Positions 1 through 10,202 are shown, counted from the stretch's first letter. The stretch is 64,000 bases of DNA from an uncultured bacterium (GCA_963786495.1 CAWAZL010000011.1:21216-85215), one strand, 5' to 3'. Numbers and translations: made by a program. Notes: a model not told the origin generated them from the sequence alone.

Positions 1-411
1 CGCAATGTCATCAGCGAGCGCGTCTCGGAGACCCGGCTTCGAGACGTCAGCGAACCACTCGTCGTTCCAGTTCTGCCATGCCGCCAGGCGGTACTGCTTG
101 AGGTCGTCGTACCAGCCGCGCCACTTTTCGATAGTGCCGACACTGAGATAGGCCAGAACTGTCGCGCCTTCTGCCTTGAGCGCGGTGACCTTTGCCTGCG
201 AAGCCTCCTCGCCGTCCACCACCACAACGTCGTAGTCGCCCAAGCGGTCGGCCACTTCGGCCGCGCTTCCCTCGATCATGCCATTGCCAATCCCAAACGC
301 GAACGACTCGGCATCAACAAGCAGCGGATCGTCTGGGCCCCCGGCGCCGGCTTGCGGCGCCACGCAAAGAACGAGCGCCACCAACACCCCTGAGAAAACT
401 GCCTTTCTCAT
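1..411 (-). CDS. Secreted protein, N-terminal part (gene runs off the left edge); resembles the GH114 / endo-alpha-1,4-polygalactosaminidase-like TIM-barrel family
   Basis: Not in the ORF track because no stop lies in the window. My minus-strand translation from ATG 411..409 gives MRKAVFSGVLVALVLCVAPQAGAGG (signal-like), then ...VVVVDGEEASQAKVTALKAEGATVLAYLSVGTIEKWRGWYDD... It stays open to position 1 with strong GC3. The family call rests on a remembered motif only. Confidence 0.45.
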   Translation of the reverse strand, partial: MRKAVFSGVLVALVLCVAPQAGAGGPDDPLLVDAESFAFGIGNGMIEGSAAEVADRLGDYDVVVVDGEEASQAKVTALKAEGATVLAYLSVGTIEKWRGWYDDLKQYRLAAWQNWNDEWFADVSKPGLRDALADDIA

Positions 412-462
412 CACCTGTCCATCGTCCGTGAGGCCACGAGGGTTGAGGATAGGCTTGCCCGC

Positions 463-1440
463 GTGAAGGTCTTCGTCACTGGGGGAACCGGGTTCATCGG
501 CGGTCATGTCGTGCGCCAGCTGCGTGAGCGCGGCGACGAGGTCGCCGCCTTGGTCCGCTCGCCCGATAAAGCGCAAGCTCTCAGCGAGCTGGGCGCAACG
601 CTCGTTGAAGGCGACCTTTCCGACCGCGCGAAGCTCGCGGCGGCGATGCGGGGCTCCGACGCCGTTATCCACGGCGCCGCCATCTACAAGGTCGGCATCC
701 CCAAGTCGCGGCGCGAGCCGATGCGCCAGGCCAACGTCGTCGGCACCGAGAACGCCCTGGGCGCGGCGCTTGACGCGAAGATCCCTCGCGTCGTCTACAT
801 CTCAACGATCGGCGCCTTCGGCAACACAAAGGGCGAGGTCGTCGACGAGACCTACGACCATCCTGGTTCAGGCTTTACCTCCTACTACGAGGAGACGAAG
901 TACGAGGCGCACCAGATCGCCAAGGGGCTCATCGCAGACGGCCTGCCTTGTGTGATGGTTCAGCCGGGCGGCGTCTACGGACCTGACGACCACTCCGCGA
1001 TCGGCAAGCAGATCCTTGACTTCGCCGCGGGCCGGATGCCGTTCATCGCGTTCCCGACGGTCGGCATGAACATGGTCCATGTCGAAGACGTCGCCGCGGG
1101 GACCCTCCTGGCGCTCGACAAGGGCGAGATCGGCGAGTCGTACGTCCTGGGAGGCGACATCACGACCATGCGCGGGGTCATGGACACAACCGCGAAGGTC
1201 ATGGGCAAGCGCGAACCGCGTGGGAACATCCCCACCGGCCTCCTGAAGGCCATCGCGCCGGCAGGTCCCGTGATCGGGAAGATCATGGGCCAGCCACCGA
1301 ACATGCGCGAGATGATCTCGTCGGCCGACGGCGTCACCTTCTGGGCCTCATCCGACAAGGCGGAGGCAAAGCTCGGCTACGAGCACCGCCCGCTCGAGCG
1401 CGGTCTTCGCGAGACGCTCGAGGCCGAGGGCAAGGTCTAG
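463..1440 (+). CDS. NAD(P)-dependent epimerase/dehydratase (extended SDR family)
   Basis: 325-aa ORF with GTG start. Rossmann motif VFVTGGTGFIGGHVV and a YxxxK segment (YEETK). Confidence 0.8.
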   Translation: MKVFVTGGTGFIGGHVVRQLRERGDEVAALVRSPDKAQALSELGATLVEGDLSDRAKLAAAMRGSDAVIHGAAIYKVGIPKSRREPMRQANVVGTENALGAALDAKIPRVVYISTIGAFGNTKGEVVDETYDHPGSGFTSYYEETKYEAHQIAKGLIADGLPCVMVQPGGVYGPDDHSAIGKQILDFAAGRMPFIAFPTVGMNMVHVEDVAAGTLLALDKGEIGESYVLGGDITTMRGVMDTTAKVMGKREPRGNIPTGLLKAIAPAGPVIGKIMGQPPNMREMISSADGVTFWASSDKAEAKLGYEHRPLERGLRETLEAEGKV

Positions 1441-1446
1441 AACTGC

Positions 1447-2316
1447 TCAGGCTACGGCCGGGTTGCCCTCAGAGGTGCGCGGGGCCGGGATGAGCACCGC
1501 CGCCGCGATCACCGCGCAGAAGGCTGCAACGCGCGCGATGATTCCCAAGGCGTCGCCGCCGATCGCATCGCCGAAGACGAGAATTCCTCCTGCGATCCCG
1601 GCCACGTTGGCCGCGATCGACGACAGTGCGATCACCTGGATCGGAGGGCCGATCTGAAGGCCACGGGCGAGCGCGAAGAACGCGAGGAGGCCGGCGCCGA
1701 TCGTGAGCATGCTCCACGGGCTCACGAGCGCGATCAAGCCGCTCTCGGCGACGCCACCCGTCAGCGCCTTCGTCGAGACGCTTCCCACGCCAACGAGGAT
1801 GCCGGCAGCGACGCCGAACATGACGCCGCTCCGCTCATGGTCGCGGCCCCTCGAGCCCCGGTGAAGCAGCATCGCCCCGGCTGCGACGAGCGCGCCCTCG
1901 AAAGCGAGAAGCGCGGCAAGGGAGTAAGCGGAATGGACCTCGGACGCCTCAGCCGTGAGGGCCAGCCAGGCGAGGCCGAACGCGCTGAGACACAGGCCCG
2001 CCCACTCGCGGCGGCCCAGGCGGATCCCGAAGAACCGCTGCGCGGGGAGAGCGAGAAGCGCCAAGCCGCCCGCGGTCACGACTTGGACCATCGACAGAGG
2101 CGCGATGGCCATCGCTACGACGTGAAAGCCCCAGGCGACGGCGGCGACCGCGAAGCCGAGCAGCCACCACTTCGAGCGAAAGAGGTTGATCGCGCTCTCG
2201 ATCGGGCGCGTAAAGAGGATGGTCGGGACGCTCGTGGCTCCCCTGTGCTTGCACAGAACGGCGACGTTCGCGGTAAGGGCGGATGCGACCGCGAAGATGA
2301 TGCCTAGCTCCGACAC
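1447..2316 (-). CDS. Polytopic integral membrane protein (DMT/EamA-like, about 10 TM segments)
   Basis: ORF 1447-2469 is hydrophobic throughout, except for an Arg-rich N-terminal 50 aa that overlaps the RidA gene. I place the start at GTG 2316 (VSELGIIFAVASAL...). Confidence 0.55.
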   Translation of the reverse strand: MSELGIIFAVASALTANVAVLCKHRGATSVPTILFTRPIESAINLFRSKWWLLGFAVAAVAWGFHVVAMAIAPLSMVQVVTAGGLALLALPAQRFFGIRLGRREWAGLCLSAFGLAWLALTAEASEVHSAYSLAALLAFEGALVAAGAMLLHRGSRGRDHERSGVMFGVAAGILVGVGSVSTKALTGGVAESGLIALVSPWSMLTIGAGLLAFFALARGLQIGPPIQVIALSSIAANVAGIAGGILVFGDAIGGDALGIIARVAAFCAVIAAAVLIPAPRTSEGNPAVA

Positions 2317-2365
2317 TGCAAGAGTGGCTTCGGCTCCTGCCTGGCCACGCTTGAGGTTTACGGAC

Positions 2366-2755
2366 CTATTTGGACGCCTTGACCGCCTCCGCTTCGATCT
2401 CCACCTTCCAGCGCTCGTCGAGGAGTCCCGCGACAACCACCATGGCTGTGGCGGGTGGGTTCGAGCCAACCGCCCTCGCGTGCTCGAGCCCCACGGCCTT
2501 CTCGTACGACGCGTCTGTCACGAACATGCGCGTCCTCACCACATCGTTCAGGCTCGAGCCCGCCTCGGCGAGAGCCATCTCGATGATCTCGAAGCACCGG
2601 CGCGCCTGAACTCCCGGATCGGGATCGCACGAGCCGTCATCCCAGACAGGAGCGGTGCCGGAGACGATGACCCTGTCGCCCACGACGACCGCGCGGCAGT
2701 AGCCGTAGCGCTCCTCGAGCGGGATGGCAGAGAAGATGCGCTGTCGCTCGGCCAC
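2366..2755 (-). CDS. RidA/YjgF/Endoribonuclease L-PSP family protein
   Basis: 129-aa ORF. Typical RidA layout (...GDRVIVSGTAP..., ...RTRMFVTD..., ...VEIEAEA). Confidence 0.75.
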   Translation of the reverse strand: MAERQRIFSAIPLEERYGYCRAVVVGDRVIVSGTAPVWDDGSCDPDPGVQARRCFEIIEMALAEAGSSLNDVVRTRMFVTDASYEKAVGLEHARAVGSNPPATAMVVVAGLLDERWKVEIEAEAVKASK

Positions 2756-2759
2756 GAGC

Positions 2760-3932
2760 TCAGGCCGAGAGGTGCTCGCGCATCCGCTCGACCGCCTCGG
2801 TGATGCGCTCGTCTGGCGTCGTCAGCGAGATCCGGAAGAAGCCCTCGCCCGAGGGCCCGTACATCGACCCGGGCGAGATCACCACGGCTGCCTCCTCGAG
2901 CGCCAGCTCGGCGAAGGACGTGGAGGTGTGGCCATCGGGAACGGGCGCCCAGACGTAGATCGTCCCCTTCGGTGACGCCACGTCAACGCCGATGTCCCGG
3001 AGCGCGGAGACGACGAGGTCCCGCCGCCGTGTGTAGACCGCGTTCATCTCGTCGATCGCGTCCGAGGGCGCGTCAAGCGCGGCCGATCCGGCAAGCTGCA
3101 CCGCCTCGAACAGGCCCGAGTCGATGTTCGTCTTCAAGCGCCAGTAGGTCTGGATCGCATCCGCGTTGCCCAGGATCGCCGCGCAGCGCCAGCCGGTCAT
3201 GTTGAAGCCCTTGGAGAGCGAGAAGACCTCGACGCCAACCTCCTTCGCGCCAGGCGTCGCCAGGAAGCTCGGCGCGACGTAGCCGTCGTAGGTCGTCTCG
3301 GAGTAGGCGTTGTCGTGGACGACCAGGAACTCGTGCTTTTGCGCGAGCTCGACGACCTGCTCGAAGAAGCCATCGGGTGCCACCGCGCCAGTCGGGTTGT
3401 TCGGGTAGTTCAGGAACATCAGGCGCGCCTTCGAGAGAGCCATCGGATCGATCGCTTCCAGGTCGGGCACAAAGCCCAGGCTGGGGTCGAGCGGCAGCAC
3501 GACCGCCTCGGCGCCCGCGAGCACCGGGCCGCCGGTGTAGACGGGGTATCCCGGGTCCGAGGCAAGCGCAATGTCGCCCGGGTCGAGGAACGCGAAGCAG
3601 AGGTTGTAGATGCACTCCTTGGCCCCGATCGCAGGGATCACCTCGGTCTCGGGATCGATCTCGACACCAAAGCGGCGGTCGTAGAACCGGGCGAGCGCCT
3701 CGCGGAACTCGGCGCGGCCGCGGTTCGACGGGTACTGGTGGGTCCCCGGGTCGGCGACGGCCGCCTGCATCGCTTCGACGATGTGCGGATAGGTGGGCGT
3801 GTCCGGATCGCCGATGCCAAGCGAGATCACGTCGATCCCGGCCGCCTTCTTCTCAGCGACCTTGCGCTCGAGCTCGGCGAACATGTACGGCGGGATCGCC
3901 TCGAGGCGTTGCGATGGATCGGTGCGTGCCAT
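2760..3932 (-). CDS. dapL: Class I/II aminotransferase, LL-diaminopimelate aminotransferase (DapL)-like
   Basis: 390-aa ORF. N-terminus LEAIPPYMFAELERKVAEKKAAGIDVISLGIGDPDTPT, plus SLSKGFNMTGWR (PLP lysine region). dapF lies just downstream. Confidence 0.6.
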   Translation of the reverse strand: MARTDPSQRLEAIPPYMFAELERKVAEKKAAGIDVISLGIGDPDTPTYPHIVEAMQAAVADPGTHQYPSNRGRAEFREALARFYDRRFGVEIDPETEVIPAIGAKECIYNLCFAFLDPGDIALASDPGYPVYTGGPVLAGAEAVVLPLDPSLGFVPDLEAIDPMALSKARLMFLNYPNNPTGAVAPDGFFEQVVELAQKHEFLVVHDNAYSETTYDGYVAPSFLATPGAKEVGVEVFSLSKGFNMTGWRCAAILGNADAIQTYWRLKTNIDSGLFEAVQLAGSAALDAPSDAIDEMNAVYTRRRDLVVSALRDIGVDVASPKGTIYVWAPVPDGHTSTSFAELALEEAAVVISPGSMYGPSGEGFFRISLTTPDERITEAVERMREHLSA

Positions 3933-3944
3933 GGGTGCGTGAGG

Positions 3945-4430
3945 CTATCGGGACACAGGCCCTGGGCCGGCGAGCGCCGCCTCGCGAGACTGATGGCAGG
4001 AAAGCCTCATCAGCTTGCCCTCGTAGACCTCGAAGCGGTGCCATTGATGCATCGAGATCTTCGCTCCGCTCGACCGTCCCGACAGCTCGAGCCGAACCTC
4101 TTGCAGCACAACGCCAGGCTCTACGTCCTCCCACTCATCCTGTGACTCGAGAGCTTCCCAGGCCTCAAACCACGCCGACCAGAACTCCGCCCATTGGCGG
4201 AAGCCCCTTGCAACCCTGCTCGGGTAGATGATGTCCATTACCTCGAGCTCGCGCAGGTCGAGGACGACGTCGGGGTGTATCTGCCTCATCTGCGCCGCGA
4301 CGAGATCGACCGTATTGGACGGAGGCACGCGTCCCGCCGCGATCTCTGCGAGAGCATCCCTGACTACGGGGAACTGCGAACCCGCGAACGTGTCCGCCAG
4401 GGACTTCATCCGCTCGAGGTCCTCAGACAC
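3945..4430 (-). CDS. SnoaL/NTF2-like small protein (copy 1 of 5 in the window)
   Basis: 161-aa ORF. GTG start overlaps the dapF stop by 8 nt (GTGTCTGA). C-terminal beta-rich pattern ...VVLQEVRLELSGRSSGAKISMHQWHRFEVYEGKLMRL... is typical of NTF2-like cones. Confidence 0.45.
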   Translation of the reverse strand: MSEDLERMKSLADTFAGSQFPVVRDALAEIAAGRVPPSNTVDLVAAQMRQIHPDVVLDLRELEVMDIIYPSRVARGFRQWAEFWSAWFEAWEALESQDEWEDVEPGVVLQEVRLELSGRSSGAKISMHQWHRFEVYEGKLMRLSCHQSREAALAGPGPVSR

Positions 4431-5235
4431 GCTTCAAGGCGGCCACAAACTCGGTTGATAGCTCGCCGCGGCAGATCGGTTCGGCCGTCCCGATCAGAGT
4501 CATCTCGAGGTCGTCCGTGATCTCGACCGTGAGCTGGCCGCCGTCGAGCTGGACGGTGATCGGGCTGGGCGCGCCTTCGAGGAAGGCGGCTACCGCGGCT
4601 CCCGACGCGCCCGTGCCGGATGAGAGCGTCTCCCCCACACCGCGCTCGAAGATCCGCGCGCGAACCGTCGAGCCGTCGATGCGGGTGAACGAAACGTTGG
4701 TGCGTTGAGGGAAGAGGTCGGTGTTCGACTCGATCCCCGGGCCGATCGCGCTCAGGTCGAGCCTTTCGACCTCGCGGCCCGCAGCGATCACGCATTGCGG
4801 ATTGCCGACGTTGAGCTTTCGGTACTGCCATTCCCGCTCCGCCGAGACGAGCGTGCCGGTGCCTTCGTCGCGCGCTCGGCCGATCTCCATGCGGACTTCG
4901 TTGGGCGCGGTGATCACGGGCGACACGGGGCCGGCCTTCGTGATGACCGAAAATTCGTCTTGGTCGGTCCAACCGGCCGAGCGGAGGTACAGCACGGCTT
5001 CGCGCGCGCCGTTGCCGGACAACTCGGCCTCGGAGCCGTCAGGGTTGAAGATCCGAAGTTCGGCGACGTGGTCGGGGTCCTCGACCGGCGTGAGCAGCAG
5101 GATTCCGTCAGATCCCACGCCGAAGTGCGGGTCACAGATGCGCTTGACGCGCTCGGGCGTGAGCTCGAACGGGAGTGAGGCGGCCTCGACGATCACGTAG
5201 TCGTTGCCCAGCGCTTGCCACTTCTCAAAACGCAC
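4423..5235 (-). CDS. dapF: Diaminopimelate epimerase
   Basis: 270-aa ORF. MRFEKWQALGNDYVIVE, NPDGSEAELSGNG and FERGVGETLSSGTG motifs carrying the two catalytic Cys/Ser regions. Confidence 0.9.
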   Translation of the reverse strand: MRFEKWQALGNDYVIVEAASLPFELTPERVKRICDPHFGVGSDGILLLTPVEDPDHVAELRIFNPDGSEAELSGNGAREAVLYLRSAGWTDQDEFSVITKAGPVSPVITAPNEVRMEIGRARDEGTGTLVSAEREWQYRKLNVGNPQCVIAAGREVERLDLSAIGPGIESNTDLFPQRTNVSFTRIDGSTVRARIFERGVGETLSSGTGASGAAVAAFLEGAPSPITVQLDGGQLTVEITDDLEMTLIGTAEPICRGELSTEFVAALKRV

Positions 5236-5244
5236 GAGGCGAAT

Positions 5245-6138
5245 CTATTCTGCTTCGCCGAGGCGCCGCAAGATCTCCGCGGCCACGGCACCGTCATCCA
5301 GCCCCGTGCGATCGACCAGATCGACGCCGGGCATGCGGCGCATCCAGGTGAGCTGTCGCCGCGCGAACGCCCGCTGGGCTGACTTCATCGCGTCTGAGTC
5401 GCCGCTCAGCAGCTGGTCGAAGCCGATCGCCGCGCGAGCGGTGCGAGAAGCTCCGGCCTGGTCCGCACGGGAGGCTTCTTCCGCCGCGCCGGCCATGACC
5501 ATCGCGTCGACCCGGGTGTCGATGCGCTGGCGGAGCTCGTCGCGGTCGAGGGTGATTCCGGCGAGGACGGTGGGCCGGCGAAGCTCCTCGGTCCACAGGC
5601 CCTCGCTGGAGGCGTGAGGGGCGATCCCCAGGCGCCTCAGCTCGGTCAAGCGGACGATGCGCTTGCCGTCGTTCGTGTGGACGCCCGAGCGGAGCTCCTC
5701 GGGAAGCTCGGCGTGAAGGGCATCCGAGCCCCGCTCGGCCAGGTCTCGCTCCACCTCGTCGCGAACCTCGGCAGGCACGGGCGGGCGTAGCTCGAGCTCG
5801 GCGAGGGCAGCACGCAGATAGAGCCCGGTCCCGCCCACCACGATCGGCCGCCGCCCCGCTTCGAGGAGAGCATCGATCTCCGCCTGCGCGAGCTCGGCGA
5901 AGCGGCCGGCCGAGAACTCCTCCGCCACGCCCGCGACCCCAACGAGGCGATGCTCCAGCCGCTCCTGTTCCTCAGGCGTCGGCGCTCCGCTCAGGACCTC
6001 CAGCCCCCGATAGACCTGTATCGAGTCGCAGCCGACGGCGACCGGGTCCTCCCCGCGCTCGCGAAGTAGCTCGGCCAGGGCAACCGCGACGCCCGTCTTC
6101 CCGGCCGCGGTCGGCCCGAAGATTGCGACGACGTGCAT
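5245..6138 (-). CDS. miaA: tRNA dimethylallyltransferase
   Basis: 297-aa ORF. P-loop IFGPTAAGKTGVA and IVVGGTGLYLRA. Confidence 0.9.
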   Translation of the reverse strand: MHVVAIFGPTAAGKTGVAVALAELLRERGEDPVAVGCDSIQVYRGLEVLSGAPTPEEQERLEHRLVGVAGVAEEFSAGRFAELAQAEIDALLEAGRRPIVVGGTGLYLRAALAELELRPPVPAEVRDEVERDLAERGSDALHAELPEELRSGVHTNDGKRIVRLTELRRLGIAPHASSEGLWTEELRRPTVLAGITLDRDELRQRIDTRVDAMVMAGAAEEASRADQAGASRTARAAIGFDQLLSGDSDAMKSAQRAFARRQLTWMRRMPGVDLVDRTGLDDGAVAAEILRRLGEAE

Positions 6139-6145
6139 CGTGGTC

Positions 6146-7465
6146 TCAGCCGATGCGGCTGAGGATCCGCTCGTGCCCGAGAAGCGTCTGAGACGTCGCC
6201 TTGGCGATCTCGACCTCGACCAGATCGCCCGGCTGGGCAGTGCCCTCGAAGTTGACTGCCTTGTTGTGGCGGCTGCGGCCGCGCAGGCGGGTGGGGTCTG
6301 TGCGGCTGGGGCCTTCGACCAGCACGTCGAGCGTGCGGCCGACGAACCGCTGCGCGCGCTCCTTCGCCCGCGCCTGCACGAGGTCCACGAGGCGCTTCAT
6401 GCGCTCCTGCTTCACCGGGTGCGGCACCTGGCCGTCCATCGTCGCCGCCTCGGTTCCACGGCGTGGCGAAAACACGAAGGTGAACGCGCCGTCGTAGGCA
6501 ACCTGATCGACTACCTCGAGCGTGCGCTCGAAGTCCTCATCGGTCTCACCGGGGAAGCCGACGATGATGTCCGTCGTGAGCGCGCAGTCCGGCACGTGCT
6601 CTCGGATCAGCGCCACCCGGTCGAGGTAGCGCTCGCGCGTGTAGGTGCGTCGCATCTTCTTCAGGATGGGGCTCGAACCCGATTGGAGCGGCAGGTGGAT
6701 GTGTTCGCAGAGCGCCTCGCACTCCGCGTGGGCCAGGATCACGTCCTCGCGCATGTCCTTGGGGTGCGGGCTCGTGTAGCGGATGCGCTCGATGCCCTCG
6801 ACTGCGTCGACCCCGCGCAGAAGCTCAGCGAAAGTCATCCGGTCGTCGCCGCGTAGGTCGCGCCCGTAGGCGTTCACGTTCTGGCCGAGAAGGGTGATCT
6901 CGCGGACGCCGTCTCCGGCGAGCCGCTCAACCTCGGCGAGCAGCTCAGGCGCGGAACGGGACTCCTCGCGGCCGCGAGTCGAGGGCACGATGCAGTACGA
7001 GCAGACGCAGTTGCATCCCTGGGAGATCTGTAGCCACGCCTGGAACTCGCGCGCCCGCTTCATCGGCAGGTGCCCTGCGAATCCCTCGAATTCAAAGAAG
7101 CCCTGGGCGCCGATCGAGTCCGTGGTCAGGAACTCGGCAAGGCGGCCGATCTGCCCCGGCCCGAAAGCGACATCAACGAACGGGAAACGCTCGAACACCT
7201 CGTCCTTGACCGACTGCGCCCAGCAGCCGCCTACCCCCACGATCCGGCTCGGGTCCTCGGACTTGAGGCGTTTGGCTTCCCCCAGGTGCGCGATGAAGCG
7301 CGAATCGGCCGACTCGCGGATCGAGCAGGTGTTGAAGAGGATCAGGTCGGCGCCCTCGCGGTCGGGGGCTTCCTCGTAGCCGAGCGACTCGAGCATGCCG
7401 CGCATGCGCTCCGAGTCATGCTCGTTCATCTGACACCCGAAGGTGGTTACGTGATAGCGCGGCAT
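6146..7465 (-). CDS. miaB: tRNA-i6A37 methylthiotransferase (radical SAM)
   Basis: 439-aa ORF. TFGCQMNEHDS, radical-SAM CNCVCSYCIVP, and a C-terminal TRAM-like domain. Confidence 0.9.
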   Translation of the reverse strand: MPRYHVTTFGCQMNEHDSERMRGMLESLGYEEAPDREGADLILFNTCSIRESADSRFIAHLGEAKRLKSEDPSRIVGVGGCWAQSVKDEVFERFPFVDVAFGPGQIGRLAEFLTTDSIGAQGFFEFEGFAGHLPMKRAREFQAWLQISQGCNCVCSYCIVPSTRGREESRSAPELLAEVERLAGDGVREITLLGQNVNAYGRDLRGDDRMTFAELLRGVDAVEGIERIRYTSPHPKDMREDVILAHAECEALCEHIHLPLQSGSSPILKKMRRTYTRERYLDRVALIREHVPDCALTTDIIVGFPGETDEDFERTLEVVDQVAYDGAFTFVFSPRRGTEAATMDGQVPHPVKQERMKRLVDLVQARAKERAQRFVGRTLDVLVEGPSRTDPTRLRGRSRHNKAVNFEGTAQPGDLVEVEIAKATSQTLLGHERILSRIG

Positions 7466-7495
7466 CCTCCGCGCAGGGTAACGGCGCGCGGGGCC

Positions 7496-8081
7496 CTACT
7501 TGACGGTGAGGGTGCCTTCCATCCCGGACTCGCGATGGCCGGGAACCGAGCAGTAGAAGACGTACTCGCCTGGGTCGAGCTCGGCCGTGGCATCGGCGCT
7601 GTACCGCCACCCGTCACGGTTTCGCTCTGGGCGGGGGTCTCGCCATCGAGTCTCGATCGCCACGTTGTGCGGCACCTCTGATGGGTTCGTGTAGGTGAGG
7701 ACGACCTCGCCGGCTTTGGCCTCGAGCGCCTCGGGCTCGAAGATCAGATCGCCTGCCTCGGGTGAGGTCAGCGCGAGATCGCCGCCCTGGATCGGCTCCT
7801 CCATGTCGGTCGGCTCTTCCGAGGTGGACTCTTCGCCCTCTTCGAGCTCCTCGGCCTGTTCGGCGCCGGTACTCGAAGATCTCCGCCTCGCGGTGCTCGT
7901 GCTCCTCCCGGGCCAGCGAGATCGCGTACGCCGCCGATCCGACGACCAGGAAGGACATCAGCGCGAGGCTGCCGATCATGACCGGCCTGGAAGGGAAGCT
8001 CTCCATGCGCATGCCGACGAAGGCGACGACTACGGCCATCACCGTGAGCGCGATCCCGAACACGTAGAAGAGGTCGTTCAT
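7496..8081 (-). CDS. Membrane-anchored cupredoxin (plastocyanin/azurin-like) protein, frame broken near 7865-7875
   Basis: ORF 7614-8081 supplies two TM helices (FYVFGIALTVMAVVVAFV, IGSLALMSFLVVGSAAYAI). ORF 7496-7804 supplies the copper domain (...HNVAIE..., YVFYCSVPGHRESGMEG). The cupredoxin frame stays open upstream through an acidic linker (AEQAEELEEGEESTSEEPTD), so a 1-nt shift joins the two. Confidence 0.6.
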
Positions 8082-8139
8082 CCGGGCGCGATCCTATCGG
8101 GAGCAGGCACGGAAACCGCGTCGCTCGTTGCCCCTTCGC

Positions 8140-9571
8140 TCAATCCGCATACGCGGTCGCCCGGCTCTCTCGGATGACGGTGATCTTCGTGCGGCCAGGA
8201 TGGGTCGCCTCCTTCTCGATAGCCGTGGCGATCTCCTGGGAGATGACCGCCGCCGTGTCGTCGTCGACGATGCCCGGGTCGACCACCACGCGGATCTCCC
8301 GGCCGGCACGCATCGCGAAGACGCGCTCGACCCCGTGATGGCGCGAGGCGATCTCCTCGAGGTCGCGCATCCGCCCGACGTATTGCTCCAGCGAGTCGCC
8401 GCGAGCGCCGGGCCGGGCGCCCGAGACCGCATCTGCCGCCTGGACGATCACCGCCTCGACCGTTTTCACCTCGACCTCGTTGTGGTGGGCTTCCATCGCG
8501 TGGGCAACGGCCTCGGACTCGCCGTTGTCGCCTTGCGATCCGGCCGCCAATCAGCGCGTGAGGCCCTTCGACCTCGTGCGTGACGGCCTTGCCGATGTCG
8601 TGGAGGAACGCCGCGCGGCGCGCCGTCTCGGCCGAGGCCCCCAGCTCCTCGGCGAGGATGCCGGCGAGGTTCGCGCACTCGATCAGGTGGTCCAGGACGT
8701 TCTGCCCGTACGAGGTGCGGAAGCGAAGCTGGCCGATCAGCTTCGTCAGCTCGGGGTCCAGGCCGTGGACGTGCGCCTCGAGAGCTGCGGTCTCCCCCTC
8801 CTCAATCACCCGCTCTATGAGGTCGGCCTTGGCCTGCTCGTAGGTCTCCTCGATCAACGCGGGATGGATCCGGCCGTCAGCGATCAGGCGCTCGAGCGTG
8901 AGCCGGGCGATCTCGCGTCTGACGCCGTCGAAGCTGGAGAGAACGACCGCCGAGGGCGTCTCGTCGATGATCACGTCAACGCCTGTGAGCTTTTCGAGCG
9001 CACGGATGTTGCGGCCCTCGCGGCCGATGATGCGCCCCTTCATTTCATCTGAGGGGAGCTCGACCAGCCGCGTCGTCGCCTCACTGGAGTGCTTGGCGGC
9101 GAGCCTGCCCGTCGCGACGGCCAAGATGTTGCGGGCGCGCCTGTCGCCCTCTCGCTTGGCCTCGTCCTCGATCTGGCGGATCTTCAGCGCCGCCTGATGC
9201 TGCGCTTCTTGCTCCACATCGGCGAGGAGCAACTGCTTCGCCTGCGCGGCGCTGAGGCCCGAGATGCGCTCGAGCTCACGGCGCTGAACGCGCTTGGCTT
9301 GCTTCAGCTCCTCGTTTTGCTGGACTAGGTTGCGCTCGCGGTCCTCGAGCGCCTGGTGGCGCCGGTCGAGATCGGCCTGTCGAAGGGCGATCGATTCGGT
9401 CTCGCGCAGGGCGAGCTCCTCCATACGTGCGATCTCCGCGCGGCGAGCCTGAAGCTCGTCCACGGGGTTGCCATCAGTCGCGGGTGTCGTAGGCACTGCG
9501 GCGGCGCTTGGCGCGAGCCCCCCTGCCTCGTCCTCGCGGCGCCAGCCGAAGCGTTGCGCGCGTTGTCCCAT
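8140..9571 (-). CDS. rny: Ribonuclease Y, frame broken near 8520
   Basis: KH (GRIIGREGRNIRALE) and HD (FLHDIGKA) motifs lie in ORF 8078-9571. The authentic C-terminus (GESEAVAHAMEAHHNEVE...RPGARGDSLEQYV...VIRESRATAYAD) lies in ORF 8140-8550. SD GGAGGTG sits 9 nt before ATG 9571. Confidence 0.85.
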
Positions 9572-9770
9572 TTCGGTTTCACCTCCACCCGCCGCGGCGA
9601 GAGCCGGCAGCGGGGGTGTCTGTAATCAGAATTCATTGGTGCGATTCAGTGTTCGATTTGAGTTGCGGCCCTGAACCGCTACTCGCTATCCACCGATGGT
9701 AAACCCGGGCGCAAGGGCAAACGCGCTGCAGCCTCTCCGCTGACGTCCAACTTGCCGCCTGTCCCAGGCG

Positions 9771-10202
9771 CTACTCCGGCAATTGATTGTCTCTGAGTGC
9801 GTGCTGGTGATCACCGTAGTCCCTGAGGTGGATCATGAGACCGTCTCGAAATGTGACCAGGAGAGCGGCGGGAACCTCTGCCTCGATCCCGCTGGCCTTC
9901 CCTTTCAGCCGAATACTCCCGAGGCCAAGGACCCGATCCCCGAGATCGCGGACCTCGGTGTAGACAATCTCCGCGCCATTGTCGTAGTGATTTGCAAGAT
10001 CAGCGAGCCATTCCATAGCTCCATCTCGGCCCACGTAGGTCCCCTCTAGCGCCGCTTGCTGCGGTTCGAAGGTGATCTGTGGGTCCAGGAACCCAAGCCA
10101 GGCTTCGAGCGCGTCGCGGTCAAACTCATCGACGTTCGTTGCGATGCGGTTGAACGCCCTCGTGGCCACAATCAGTCGATCAACGTTCTCCTGCGACATC
10201 AC
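9771..10202 (-). CDS. SnoaL/NTF2-like small protein (copy 2)
   Basis: 143-aa ORF. ENVDRLIVATRAFNR..., ...YVGRDGAMEWLADL..., ...GSIRLKGKASGIEAEVPAALLVTFRDGLM. Confidence 0.5.
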   Translation of the reverse strand: MMSQENVDRLIVATRAFNRIATNVDEFDRDALEAWLGFLDPQITFEPQQAALEGTYVGRDGAMEWLADLANHYDNGAEIVYTEVRDLGDRVLGLGSIRLKGKASGIEAEVPAALLVTFRDGLMIHLRDYGDHQHALRDNQLPE

